Shown here one piece after another: positions 38,101-51,800 of a stretch of DNA of 64,000 nucleotides. The notes beneath the pieces are model-generated. The model was not told where the DNA came from. It saw nothing but the letters and a program-made list of their open reading frames with translations, and searched no databases. The DNA is taken from the NCBI GenBank assembly GCA_977030845.1, contig OZ365112.1, positions 16,058,001-16,122,000 of the forward strand. Direction: 5' to 3'. The DNA comes from Fimbriosthenelais zetlandica (Eukaryota). Numbering within the stretch: position 1 is the stretch's first letter; each line of letters starts with the position of its first letter. A program made the position numbers and the translations under genes.

Positions 38101-39709
38101 TACGTTACACATTAGTAACCGATGAGGGAATCTCACTCTATCGTATCGCTGTGAGAGTATAGCACACCCGCTTGTTGGTTCCGGTTCCTCTCTATCGCTT
38201 TTTGATGTCCCAGATCTATAGACACGTGGCCATAGGAAGCTAGGGAACAGACTGGAGCACGCCATCCAGTTTATGTGTATATGCTATATCTATGAATTGA
38301 TGAAGAGATAGAAGCAGAGATATGTACTAAAACAAATTCCAGATATCTAAGCAGAAACAGAAAAGGTATCTATGGCATGCATTTCTTTGCATCATAAATT
38401 ATATGTGCATCATAATTATATGACACAAATAGATGCCAATAGATGGGTACCAATCCATTCCAAATGGGTCAGCGAAACGGTCATGGAAACCAAAATGGCG
38501 GAAGGTGAGAGGCGTTCCATTGGGCATGGACACGGTGATGTCATTTTGATTCATGCACGTGCTGATAGCGCGACGCCAAGTGGTCGGACTGACCCTGGGC
38601 TAATGGCAATGGCAGGAAGACCAACTCCACCTTTCTCAGGATCTAATCTCAGCCACGAGATTGATGTTCTCCCTGGTGACACCAGGGGCACCAAGGCGAC
38701 TTCCTTCAATGTTGCACCTTTGTTTGGCATCGGTAAATCAATGAAGGACTTTGATTTACAATGCCAGAATAGGGACTCTTTATTCTATGCTCTGTCCCGA
38801 GCAGACATTCATTTGTCTTCAAATCGATGACCTCAAGGGTGAAGGCTAGAAAAAGATGCTTTTCTACCTGAGGGTCCATCCAGGTTCTAAAGGTCGTCAC
38901 GAGACGGCGCAAGATCTTGTCAGAACTGTCAGTGTCACTTCATCAAAGTTCTCCCTGCAAAGGAACAAAAACTTTTCGAGTGGATTTCTACCCTGATCCA
39001 TCGTACATGGGGACCTATCCGTCATCTAGCCAAGCGTGACGTCACGAGTTGTGTTATTCTCATACCCTGACCTCCGGGTTCCCTCCCCTCTCGAAATGGT
39101 CAGTGCCCACAATGGCCAAGTCACTCCATCCGCAAATGTTTCAATCTTGCGCTTGACAGACGACACTGTCCACCAATAAAAGCAGCATCTTCCCAAGTGA
39201 CAGCCTCTTGAGTTGCCTTGAGAGAACCATGATGGAAGACATGTTCTTCTTTGCAAGCTCCACATGCATGTCTGCCGACCAGCGCCTGGAGATTAAATCT
39301 TTCCAGTGTATCATATAAAAGAATCTAAAACACAAACTTCACAGTCCTTTATCTCAATTTGGAGACTTGGGGAGGAAGAATGATTAGGGGACGCTAGAGA
39401 ATAATTGTTGGAATTAGTAAATGAGCTTTCAGACAAAAGGCACAAGGGGCGTTCCTCAGAGGATACGTAGTGTCTGACTTGAATCTCTTTAACCTTTCAG
39501 TAATTCATCAAATGGTATCAATGCGGCAATGCTTGACAGAATCCCCTCAAAAGCCTCGAGATTTTCACCGGGCGATATTTTCTCTCCGTATCTCTGATGC
39601 TTTAAGTATGTGCCTGACAGTTTGCAGGATCAAAGGAGGCTGGGTAAATTTGACAAACTCGTGACGTATGGGGGACACCTAGCCATTGGGAGAGGGAGAG
39701 GAACGTTCT

Positions 39710-39835
39710 TAGCCAATCAGAGTTGTCTGTAACTACCCAAAGCGGAACTTCTGTCTCACCAGGTACTTCCGGGTCAGGCGAAAGGCCAATGGACATGCGC
39801 CGATATGATTGCTTTTAGAGTTGGCCGGAAGATGG
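39710..39835. promoter_or_regulatory. Candidate promoter-like island (CCAAT boxes, Ets site)
   Basis: agccaatcag near 39711, ACTTCCGG 39765-39772, ggccaatgg near 39784, ccggaag near 39826; GC/CpG-rich. Confidence 0.3.
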
Positions 39836-42800
39836 ATGATATTGAGGGCGAGGGGTGGCGCTGCAGCTTGAGTGCTGTGAGTGGTCGGTTTGGGGTGTGA
39901 GGTGACCGCTGGTCAGAGATGGACACGGTGACCAGGAAGCGAGGCGGAGCAGAATGGCCCTGTGCAGATCCAAGGTCTCCTCTGTCACCTCCTACGGCCG
40001 GCGCCAGGGGGCAGCTTGGCAGAGGAAGATGGATGGTGTGTGGGCCAGTTGGTTGACAGGACTTCTGGTTGCATTAATACAATCTCTGCTCTGCATATTT
40101 CCATCTTCTTCTCCCGACATTAGCTTTAGATGAAAAGGTGGCAAATGGAGACCGTGGAAGCAACCGGGAACAAATTCCTGGTGTACCAAAAAGGTTTATT
40201 TTATTCTTATCAACGAGTATAGAAATATACTCGTTGGTCTCCTCAATAGACGGTCCAATTTGATTGAGAAATAAACATTAAGAAGATGAAGAAGGGGTCT
40301 GGGTCTGTTTCAAAGGAAATTTGTAATATATTGCCACCATAGAGTCTGGCTAATGGCCCTGACTAATGCAGTGAATCTATGGAACAGGCACCAGAACAAG
40401 GGTCTAGGTTAAAATGGGGCAGGGGTCCTCATCCAGTCATCGTGAATATATAAAAAGCACATTTAACTTTCACCTAGGATCACTGACCAACAAGGACTTT
40501 CCATTGGCGTCCATTTAAGCGTGATTTAAATCCGCGCGACACAGCGCGTCAAATGAGCGCGGACTTGGGCGGCGTCACCACAGATGGCGATAGTGGAGCA
40601 TCATTTTCACACCGACCTGCGCACATTGTGGTCGGGCAGGGCAGGCGGTGAAATATGGCCAGGAGCGCCGCCTAGACTGGTCTCTCGTGGCCATGCTGGA
40701 CCCCACCCATTATCGCTCCCTCCAGACGGGGCGGACGCCTCCTGAACGGCCCCACAACAATGTCCACATTAAATGGCTATTAATTAAAAGTGAATTGTTT
40801 AAGCCCGCCTGCACTGATCACCCCATACTGCACGGCCAGTGGGGGGCCACTAGCGCCACCCCGGGGATGTGATGAGCTACTCCTGGAGGGTCCCGAGTCT
40901 AAATCTACCAGTCCGGGAGTACTCCCATTCCATCTACTACTCACACGGGATTGACTATAGTGGGAACAAATCAAAGATGCACTTCATAAAGTATAATGCA
41001 AATGATTATAAAATTCATGGTTTTCCTGGCTGTCAATATCGAAGCACCCATTTCCCATTTCATGTATCTCTATATAGTTATTATTGACAAAGTATGTAAA
41101 AGAGGATCGGTAAAATGTGTGAGAAATCTTAGTTGAACAAAGGAGTTATTTCCCTTTTAATTACTGACCCAAGCCGCTGGGGGTCAGTGCCGTCATGGTG
41201 TGCTGCTTACAGGAGCAGATATCAGCCTTCCACTGTTCCCATAGTTACCAACCGGCCCACGAGGATCTCCAGTATAATGGGAAAGGAAATGAATAGACTT
41301 CTCCTATAGGGATTAGGCTGATAGGCGCACTGTTCCCAACAAGTCTCCTTATAGCCCGGCTGTAAGGCGACAAAATGAACTTTGTGTGAGAATGGTAAGA
41401 CATAAACGGGATGCATAGGCATGTATTTCTATTCTAACGGCACAGCGTTTCTTCCACCGGGAGACATTTTTGACATAAATGAAAAGATAAAGTATTTAAG
41501 GTTTACTCAATGCGACATAATCTTTAATCCATTTATATATCCTCTCGCGCCCGCTCGAATTTCTGTTGCCCAGTCGCTCCCCCACCCACCCACCCCTAAT
41601 CATCATGTTCTAATGCAACCCATCACATAAATAATTTCAACGTTTCAACGTAACTTCAATACAGTCCTGGTTTGATGGCGGTGATGAGAAAGTCGTCTCA
41701 GAAGTCTAAAGAACTAAAGTGATTACGGTTGTTCGCGAAGTCGCGCGTTCCCATAGAAGTCCAACTTTAAGGAATGGCTTGGCGGATGTGCTTTTTACGA
41801 GGATCAATATAATGTAGATGACTTAGATCACCAGCCCTTCCACTGACGCCCGCCATCAGTCCCCTGGCGGAGACCGGAAGTGATGAATTCTGGCTACACG
41901 CCGGTGTCATGGCGGCTCCCAGCGTCCCAAACATGTAGTTTTATTGGTCGCTGGAGGGGGGCGCTAGCTGTGCGCACATTAGTCTCGCTGCTATGCTTCC
42001 AACTCCCACGTCTCATGTCTCATTACTCAAATCCCATATCTAATATACAACTGCTGGTTTGTATCGCCACCTAAATACACAACACCGACTACCAGTTATT
42101 TGCCCGTACACCCACTAATACAGGCTTCACATGTGTACCAGCTGACTCCAGTACATATGATCCTCACACTGACATTTCCAGTCTGTCCATGCATGAAAAT
42201 AATTTGAAATCATCACGATTTTCTCGATTTAGACGAAAGGAAAGTTCAGTGAAAGCGCATTGTTGCTGTCCTAAACCAAAACAAACATAATGCCTATAGG
42301 TTATACAACTTTGACAGATTAAGCAATCGCCGGTGAGCCATTCTCAGAACCATTTAATTGCCTTGCAAATACAATCTAACTTACTCAAGCAGTCACTTTG
42401 AGGACTCTTCCTGAAACTATCTCAATGGACTGGATCTACGCTCCTCCAACGAACAAAAGGAAGTCTTATACCAATGAAAGGAATTATATAGCTATTTTGA
42501 CCTTTTAGACAAAAAATAAAATGGAAGTTAATAGAGAGAATAACTTTTTTTGGTATTTAACTGTCATGGAACTTGCTTCTTTCCCACGACTATCTCCTTC
42601 ACTGTTATAGCTTCATTCTCTGCTCTGTCACCTTTTCCCTGTTTCTTTTCCCCTTTCTTTCCCAACATATTGTAAGTAGTTCATCATTTCCAACTTTCCG
42701 CATGAGCCATATCCACCTTCGAAGGTAGGCCTATACTTTCTATTCAGGGCCAAAATGGTGGCCTAATAATACTACTTTTTCGTTGACAACTTCGATTGTG

Positions 42801-45779
42801 CCTCTACAGAGGAGTGTGATCGGCATTTAACAATTACATTGGCTCTAGCTCGCCTCCTACACTGAATACCAAACAGGCTGTTTCAACTATTCATCTGAAC
42901 TGTCGCCCGAGGCGAAGGCGAACCTTTCAAAGCCCGCCTTTGAGTGATGGTACATAAGAAGCAGATTTTCTCCCCGTCCTACCATATTCCACCAATCCCC
43001 AGTCGGCCTGTTGGGCCAACATTGTCGGGAATTAAGAGAGGCTGAGAATTCCCAGCCCGGCTAATGAGATGCTTTCTATGCCTCCCCATGCGCATGCGTC
43101 GGAGGCTGCGCGGTGCTTACAGCAAAATGTCGTCTCCAAGCTATTTTCATCCGGGTATTGCGCCGAGGAGTGCACAAAAAGCACACACCGCAAACAACTT
43201 AATGAAAATTGTTCATTAATGGCCAAACATGCATTAGCTTGGAGGGCATTTCTAATTTTCTCTCAGAAAGGGAGGGCCTTACTGATCGGTCATGCGTTGC
43301 GCTGAAATCATTGCTAATTATAGGAAGAAATTAATGAAAGATTGATCGTCCTTTCAGGTCATCTCCTGTATCCCCAGGCCAATATTTTTTGTCGCGTGAT
43401 CGAATTCACATTTTCAGTTTGATCCCAGTAAGAGTTACACATGTCATGAGATGGTTTTTACACATGATTGTGTGCCTCACTCCAGTTTTCCTACCAACAA
43501 GAACCTTTTTTCCATTGTCAGGCAATAGATAGGCCTATAGTCTATTGGTAGTAGCGCCTTCTCATATTTCAAGTGGACTGCATCAGTCTGTCAAATACAC
43601 AGATCTTATCAGTATTATATAGGCCATACATGTATGCCTACATACGCCTACATTAATAGTTTGATTGTAACGTAGTAGGCATAGAGGTAGGCTTATTGGC
43701 CTTTTTTCCGAACAGCATGAATTTAAGTCGGGGGCTAGGCTTAAAAAATGGGTAGGTGGTACAGCATTATGTCTGGCTGTTACACATATATCTATAATAG
43801 TCCTAAGCAGTTTTAGTATGTGTCAGATGGGAGACAATTTTCGAAACTTGACTCAAAGTAACATTTTTCAATTTGCTGGGGAAGCCTCATTGATTGTTTC
43901 CCATGCATCATAGCCTACAGATCTATGTTTTCATGGCCTCCCCCAGCCTGCACTTGACACGACGTTACGTTGCTAACGCTGACGACGTGTATCCAGGATG
44001 TGTCTCCGGCCAACGATTGCTTCTCACGCCGTCAAGGCTCTCTGCCAACCCAAAGGCAATTCAATTTAATTGTGTGTGGATGGACAATTTTCTTTGTCGT
44101 AATTGGCCCTGGAAAATGGACATCACACAATTCCCAGTTGTTCTTTAAGAGACCTACGCTTAGAGATCTCAGTCTAGATGCCTGTTGTATGATACAGGTC
44201 TTTGAGGGCATCCCAAACAGCAGTGTTTTTTCACATAGAGGACATCGTCAACAATGATAAATGTGTTCATATCCAGCGTTGGCAATAAATCGTGTAATTG
44301 CAATACAATCAAAATGCTGTATTTTATCAGCGACCACCTTCAGTGTCAAATGCAATCATATCATTAAGTGATTATTTGACCATTTCACCTTGGTGACTCA
44401 GTGGGTCAGGTGATGCTCAAATAGTGTCGAAAATTTAAACGGGGAGAAAGTCCCAAACCCCGGTATTTGGCCAGGTCCCCCCGGAGAGCTAAGAGTCAGA
44501 TCTGAATAATGTATTTTCCAGAGGTCAGTGCGCATGTATTAGTGTCAATTCCTAAATAAATTACCCATTATGTTCGTGTCAGAGGGGTCAGAACTCCGCG
44601 CACGCGCGATAGGTGTTCTGGGTGCTGTGGCATTCTGGGTGAGGCCAGGTGTGCAGTCGGTGTCAAAAGAAAGTTAGCCCCATCGAGCCCCCTTCAGCAC
44701 GCTTTGTTTTTATACTTTTACCTTTTACTTTTATCAGAAGTCATCTTAACTGTTTCTCTTGATGAAACATATTGACCTGAATATCTAGGATGGACATATC
44801 ATTCATCACGCGCCTGATTAAGTTTGAATGATGGCTTTCTTATCCCCATCCCCCGTGTCAGACACGAGATACCTAATAATCAAAAGGACAATACAAAGAT
44901 TATCCTGATAGGAATCATCCGAGGTGGAGATATGATACAGATCGACGTGTCTCCCCATTTAATATAGCTTCATTTACTCTAATGACAGCAGTCTCAGAAA
45001 AATCTTTTGAATTGTCAGTCCTTGACACGCCTAATCAGCAGGCTTTGTTAATAGCTTCAACAGTTCCTTGTTTGCAAACATATTGTCAAAACTTAGTCTT
45101 CCCCATTTCCAATCCAAGGATGTACCCCATTCACATATATTTTAAAATGTGATTTTTCCCAATCATTTTTATTTGAATTGTCATACCGAAATGATGTGAA
45201 GTTTATATGCTCTTAAAGCGGGCAGACGGGTGTCTGAGGGCTCCAGGTGTGCATCGATAGGCTGGTGATAAAACTGACCAGACAAGACTGAGCACCTGGC
45301 AGGTTGTTATCGGTGACAAACTGGACCATTCACCTAACTCAAATTCAAGACAAAATATCACTATATTTATGCCCTTACTCGTTTCAAATGAGACGACTAA
45401 CTCTTCCTCTCAGTCCCTATAATTATTTTCAAGTGATGCTTCGGAAAAGCAATAAATTCAGTAAAACATACTTTAATTAATCTCCTTTAAAAATTACAGA
45501 TACATTTGATTGCAATGAGCTTGATATAATCATACTATTATTCTTTTGGTCCTTCTAGTTTGGGAATTAACTCCAGCAAGTGCTGACGTGTCGTGGGGCT
45601 TTATTCAATGTGCAGAGGGACAATATGGCCTTTTAAAGCCCTCATTACCTGCCAAACTCGAGTTTTCCAATTGAAGGTTACACAAAAGTAGCCTCGGCAC
45701 TTTAAGTGTCTGGGTGTTCAATGTTGCCCCCACAAGTCGAGGCAGATAACTGAGGGGTACGACCCGCCCTCCAGGGGGG

Positions 45780-45885
45780 ATGCCACGGCCGATGACGTCA
45801 CCCATTGTGATGTCCCATTCGAGTCAGGTACTACCTGGCTGGTCACGTGACCAATCAGGGAAGACACGTGGCGCCACGGGCGGCC
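45780..45885. promoter_or_regulatory. Candidate promoter/enhancer: CRE, GTCACGTGAC E-box, CCAAT and a second CACGTG
   Basis: TGACGTCA 45793-45800; GTCACGTGAC 45842-45851 directly followed by CAATC (CCAAT overlap); CACGTG near 45866. Motif-level evidence only. Confidence 0.35.
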
Positions 45886-48800
45886 AGGCCCTCAGTTCCT
45901 AAGCACAATACTTTGTTATTAATCAAAGTCCAACTTTGAACTCCTCCCCTTTATGATCCTCAATGACTTAGTGACGACTGTCGTCCGTCATGATATTCGC
46001 AACATTACTGTCATTCAGTTATGATCTTTCTAGACCAGGAAAGACAGATTTGACGGTATTCTCGAATTTCAACATAGACAATATAGCTTTTATGCAACAA
46101 ATCTGTCTCTATGATTTATCTACCTTTTTATGGAGTTCTATGTGGTGGTTGTTATCAAGATTGGTTAGATTATGGCTGGAATATTATATATAAATATGAT
46201 GGATTGATCATGATCTTTTTTATCTCTTTCTCAAAGATTGAGCTAGGCTCTCTTACTCAATTTTTATTTGGAGGTAATGTCTCTTCTATTACTCTGGTGT
46301 GGAATATCAGATGGCATTTAAACTGCGACCTCCCCTATTAAGATAAACCATTATAAAAGTCATTTTTCAGTGACAATTGAACTACTTTTCGGGAAAACTT
46401 CTGGTTTATCTTTATGTTACGGGTTAATTTGAAACGGTTGGTGAACATGATTGCAAAATAGAATAGGATTTCTGTCTTGAATACATCATCTGGTGAGTAC
46501 TCCAGGCCGCATAGCTATGAGTATGAGGTAATGATGAGCAGATTTTAAGAAACTGCCCCATGTGTTGATCATTTTGCTCAGAATTGCTCCCAGAATTGCT
46601 CAAGCATAAGGATCCAGACACCTGTAGCCCCAAGGTACACATTACCTGTCCAGGTGCGGTAAGCTAAATTATTGGACTCGTGATTTTCCTTCAATTAGGC
46701 TACCATGGACAGTCTTACAAATTTTGACTCCAATCTATAATATTATCATATTTAGTACGCTTGGGGTCCTGAGGATATTGGCAGACATGGCATGACCATC
46801 AATAATTGTAGCATATCTGAAGGGATTTCAAATGTTCATTAGAAAGGATGAATTGTCAGGAAGGATACTTAAAAGTGAAATCAGATTATTTTTTATATTT
46901 AAGCATTGATGACGAGGGCAAAACCAGAGTTTTCCTCTTTCAGACTACCTGTCATTCCGCCAGGTGACGCGCAGGGTCATTTTTCAACACGTGATTTCAA
47001 ACAACGAGATTAATGACTGCTCCCCAGCGCCATATTGGTCCGAGTCACGTGACCAGTAATTGCCACCTGAGGCAATCGGTAGGGAGGGCATAGGCCCTTC
47101 CGGTGGCGCATGCGCATAACATTCATCAACAAAAAGTAGGGGAGGCCTTAGTTCTGGTTTGCCGCAAAGAGTGATGGGCAGCAAATGTGTGTCTCTCATG
47201 ACATCAGTGCGGGATGTATATGTGACATTACAGTCAATGACTTCCCGTTTCCTTTAATGCTCTGAAATGACTTGGTCCTGTATAACTGAGTTCATCAGTT
47301 CCCTCAGGTGGGTCTACATACTACTGTAGCTCGTCCATTAAATTCCGTCCCGGATATCCAGACAGGATCAAAGTGTTTTTAATCTAGCTAAATATGCATG
47401 ACCATGATATAATCTGGCAACAAAGGACACCTTTGTTTTCTTCCAGGATGCTTTAAAGTCGGATTTGGCACGGCTTAATATATTGCATGTTGGAGAATGT
47501 GTCCAAATGTTTAAAGAGGACAATGATGTCGTTTGTGGTTAAAAGGTTTTGTTTATGTCATACAAGGATACATAGCCTATCTTGGGCTGTGAAGACATGA
47601 AAAAGACCGCCCTGAATGCATGTCATACCATTGTAACAAATCTAACCCGCACACACCAATACATACCACTACAAAGGGCATTTACAGTTACTTTGTATGT
47701 TTTGTCGTGGCGGTAAGTAACTAAATCACGACACCTCTTCAAAGATGGGGGGCAAGTTTTTGGGCAGTTAAATCTATGGTATTATTATCTTATCGTGTGT
47801 ATTGGTATTGTAAAAATTGCTACATTCTATAGCAATAGACAGGTGCTTCGTTTACCGCACGCTATAATGTTTCAATAGACATTGCAGCGAAAAACTGAGA
47901 TTTGAGGGCATCCGATTGTTATCAGTAATTATCCATTACATAATGGGTATAAATTCTATGGTATTAATAGCATGCTATTGCATGAATATTCAGACATGAA
48001 AGAAGCTGGGTAATTGGACCCTGCACTGATTTTCTTTGATTTTGAGGAGTTAGCATGAAAGCAGGGAAATTAAAAGTGTTCTGCACTTTTTATGATTCTC
48101 AGATGATTTATTAATTTATAATAGTGCCTTCTCACACTAGGTTCTGACAATTTTTCCCTTCATTCTTTCATGTAGCTTTTCATGGCCAGAGAATAATAAT
48201 ATTTATAATTCATCTGTTATGAATGACTGAGAGAACATTCAAAATTTTGCAACGATTTGATTGTCGAAAAGATGAAAAGAAGTTAAAACAGACCAGCAGT
48301 CAGTTTGGTCGATGCAGAAAACATTTATGGGAGGAGTAAGGCCCTAGTTCATCGGGAAAGGCGGGGAATGGAACACGCAAAATGATGCTTCAGCATGGCA
48401 TACAGCAATGTAATGTAGGAGCCCTTTCAGGGAATAACTCTGTCCAAGTAAAAAGCCTTTCTGAATGGACTCTACAAGTGACATGCATTCCATGGGTATT
48501 TCCATGACTGGAGAACATTGTCCACTTGAATAATTCGCTTCATCCGAACATTTCCCTGATATGCATGCATACCTTTGGTAATCACCCCCATCTATAAAAT
48601 AAAGACCTGTACTTGGGGCACCTATATCAATGTCTGAGCTGCATCATCCGCTATTATTCTATATCCACTGCCCCTCATTACACGTCCACGCCCCTCATTC
48701 TCATACCGTTATTGTGCCCTCTTTAATAGGTCCTCTTCCTATTGTATATCACCATAGAGTGTACTTTCTCATGGAATAGACCTTAATGAGCAGGTGCTCT

Positions 48801-51800
48801 TTGACCTAGCGGGGTCAAAGTGCACAAAGGCCATGAAGATCCCTGTCATTTAACGGGTATTCTCCTCCGCCCTAATTACTCCAATTGAGGACTTCCCCCT
48901 AACACAAGCTCCAACCTTTACCATTATCCAAATACATTAACTCCAACAGAGGAAAATACTTCATGTGAAAATCACATGTTTATTTTTAAATGCAAAGTGG
49001 AAACCTGGCTTTGATAGATGCCTAAGTTGCTATGAATTGGGTGAGTATCTCTCATACATGTATGCTCAGAAAGGTTAAAGCATTGGACTAGTAGCACAGT
49101 GATACCCCTGCTGCAATAATTGTGCACGGGCATGCAATGGCCACATGTTTCATGGTATGGGAGAGTATGGTCGGTGGTTCCACTACACTTCCTCGCTCCA
49201 GGGCATGCCATTGAACCCTGGAGACGATGTGTGTGCATTTGTAGAACATGCTCTAAAAAGACCACACCGGGGAAACAATTAAATTCCACTTATTTAATTA
49301 TATTAAACAGAAAATAATCATCCCCATGAAAACACAATATATGAACCCAGAATTATAATAATGCCAAGTCTGTGGACCCACCCGTATATAGGACTTGCGA
49401 TAGAATACATGGTAATTACTCTGCACTTTTTACTGTTGGTTAGTATAGTGAAGGTAGGAATGATGGATTGGATATGCATTGGAAATGAATGTCGATTATG
49501 TAATGATTTTTCTCTCCATCAGGGCTTCATGATTATCAAGGTGGTCAGATTGTAGGACTCTTTCTTTCCGCCTCTGTCCATACCGCATAGTGGAGAAGGT
49601 CGGTGAGTTCATACGAGGATCCATGAATCGTATCAGACTCGCACCAACTCCAGTGTCCCTCGAGTCCCTCTGTCGTCCCCTCTCCTGACCAAACTCCCGC
49701 CATATTCCTCCCAACAGTACACCAATCCATCACAGCAAATCCCCTTCAATGCACTGCTCGCTGACAACCCAATTTGCCCTATTTTTATCCTTCACTGCAG
49801 ACGACATTTACTGTGCAATCCCAGAAACTTCCCTACCCTCCAAAAAGCATGCGCCATTTTTGTCTTAAATTACTTGGTATTGATTGCTGTGCAGGCGCAG
49901 TTGCGAGCCGTCACTTTTAGTTTTAATCATCAATTTCGAGGGATTTATTTTTCTCCTCCAATGCTCGATATGCCTACACTTCTTGTGCTGATTAGAGTCT
50001 GAATTCAATGTCTTGTTTCTTTGTGGTTCCATTCGGAAGCTGTCAAAGATGACTGATGTGTGTTCTCTTCAAGAGGTCTGAACTTCAACAGATCCAATAA
50101 GCACATTTTTACCCCCTTCTCCCATACCAACCCTTCTGTTCAATCCAGGCTGAGGTAATCACACTCTCAGATTCCTTCCATTAATTTTATTTCAATTATA
50201 ATTTAGACGTCTCGATTTATGTATCATACATTAAAATCTTTAATCTATTCCTAGGATATGTAGATTTTCCTCTGGTAAATCTCAATGAATGGACGATCTT
50301 TGTAGGATTCTAACTTAATCAGTGATGGGAGGAGTTTGGGGTGTCAGAATAGGGACTTGGAATCATTAATCATTGGCTTTCCTGGCAGTGATGCATACTG
50401 ACTGACAGGTTATCAGAAGGGCAGCCTAACTCAGTGAGCAGAAAGCAAGATAACTAGGCATGGAGTCAGACCCAGCTTACCCTTGTGACATAATCAACCC
50501 CTTCCACCATCTCCCTTCTCTCCCTCTTCTCTTCATCTGTTCTCTTCCTCACTCCCCATGCAGTTTCTGTTCTGTTATTTCTTTCAGTATCGTAATTTCA
50601 TATCGGATCAGTATCATGAGCTTGACTGTTAAAACCAGCGGAATTCAAGTCGTGTATTGCAGCATTTTCGATTAGTTTTCTGTCGGCATTCTTAGGTCTG
50701 TCTGTATAAACCACCCACAACATTTGACAGACGTAATGCCAATTTGAAAGGTACCCGTGATGCCTGAACAAAAGCTACCACAGGTTTATATATTCATCAA
50801 GCCAATGGCAATACACCATAACATTTGACATAAATGAGAAAATCATTTACTCATTTACGAAAAGATTTAGCTAAAGCAGGACAGTTCCTGCAGGCAGACA
50901 ATCTCGAATTCATTTCAGTCAATCGTATTAAACGTTTGGCAGGTTAAAAGAATATATAAAGATAATGATGAATTGGGGGTACATATAGACCCAACATAAT
51001 GTTTCATTGTGTCGATATTCTACTTAGGGTGTTTAAATATCCATCGACGAGTAATTATTAATCATACAGGAAGAGCTACCTGGGCCAAAATCAGGGTTAT
51101 GCTTAGTTATATACCACCTGAACAATGGATTTGAAACAAACTTGGCTGTTTCAGAATGGACGCACGGATGGTTCAACTGATAACTTGAAATCTCTGTTCA
51201 TTATCTTTAATTCAAATTACAACTGGTCTTTATAATAGAGCGATCAGAAGGATCGCACGTGCCACTCAATGAACCCAGAAATGATGGAACAAACTAGGAC
51301 CCGTTTTCTCAATGTTTCTGTCAGAAACCTGTCATTAATTAGCAGGAAATCAAAGTTCTGACGCAATTAAAGGAACTGAGTCGCGTGGGCTCCGGGTTAT
51401 ATTAAAACGATTAATATCTTAATGATTAACGAGTGTACGTATAATTATGTGTTTGGACTAGCTCATAACCCTTAATTTTATATGTGCCTAGAGAAAACGG
51501 ATGTATTATCATTGGACATCAACCGAATGGTGGTATAGTAAAATGTGTATCTCTACACAGCTGCACCGGTGTCCCCTGGTGAGTGTTACCAGAACATGCA
51601 AGAGCCTGTCTGGGGTTTCTTTGTAAATGACACTAAAGTATTCTTCAATTAAATAAATTAATTCCAACGTAATGTTTCTATGCAAGATAGCATATCCGAG
51701 GAGGAAAGGGGTTTCTTGGTATTCGAGAATAGCTTCTGACACTCAGGAGATTTCGGTATGGACAAAAGAAGCAAGGCAAATTGTGAATGCATTAAGTTGA

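Noticed and set aside
38137-38216. DLGHQKAIERN resembling the HIF1AN C-terminus (a PAX2 neighbour in vertebrates)
   Set aside because: Similarity is limited to a few residues, the rest does not align, and no other JmjC exons were found.
38372-38830. 152-aa + strand ORF, and its antisense frame containing PEKGGVGLP (LINE RT-like motif)
   Set aside because: No domain in the ORF; the antisense motif is a lone short match without RT core motifs.
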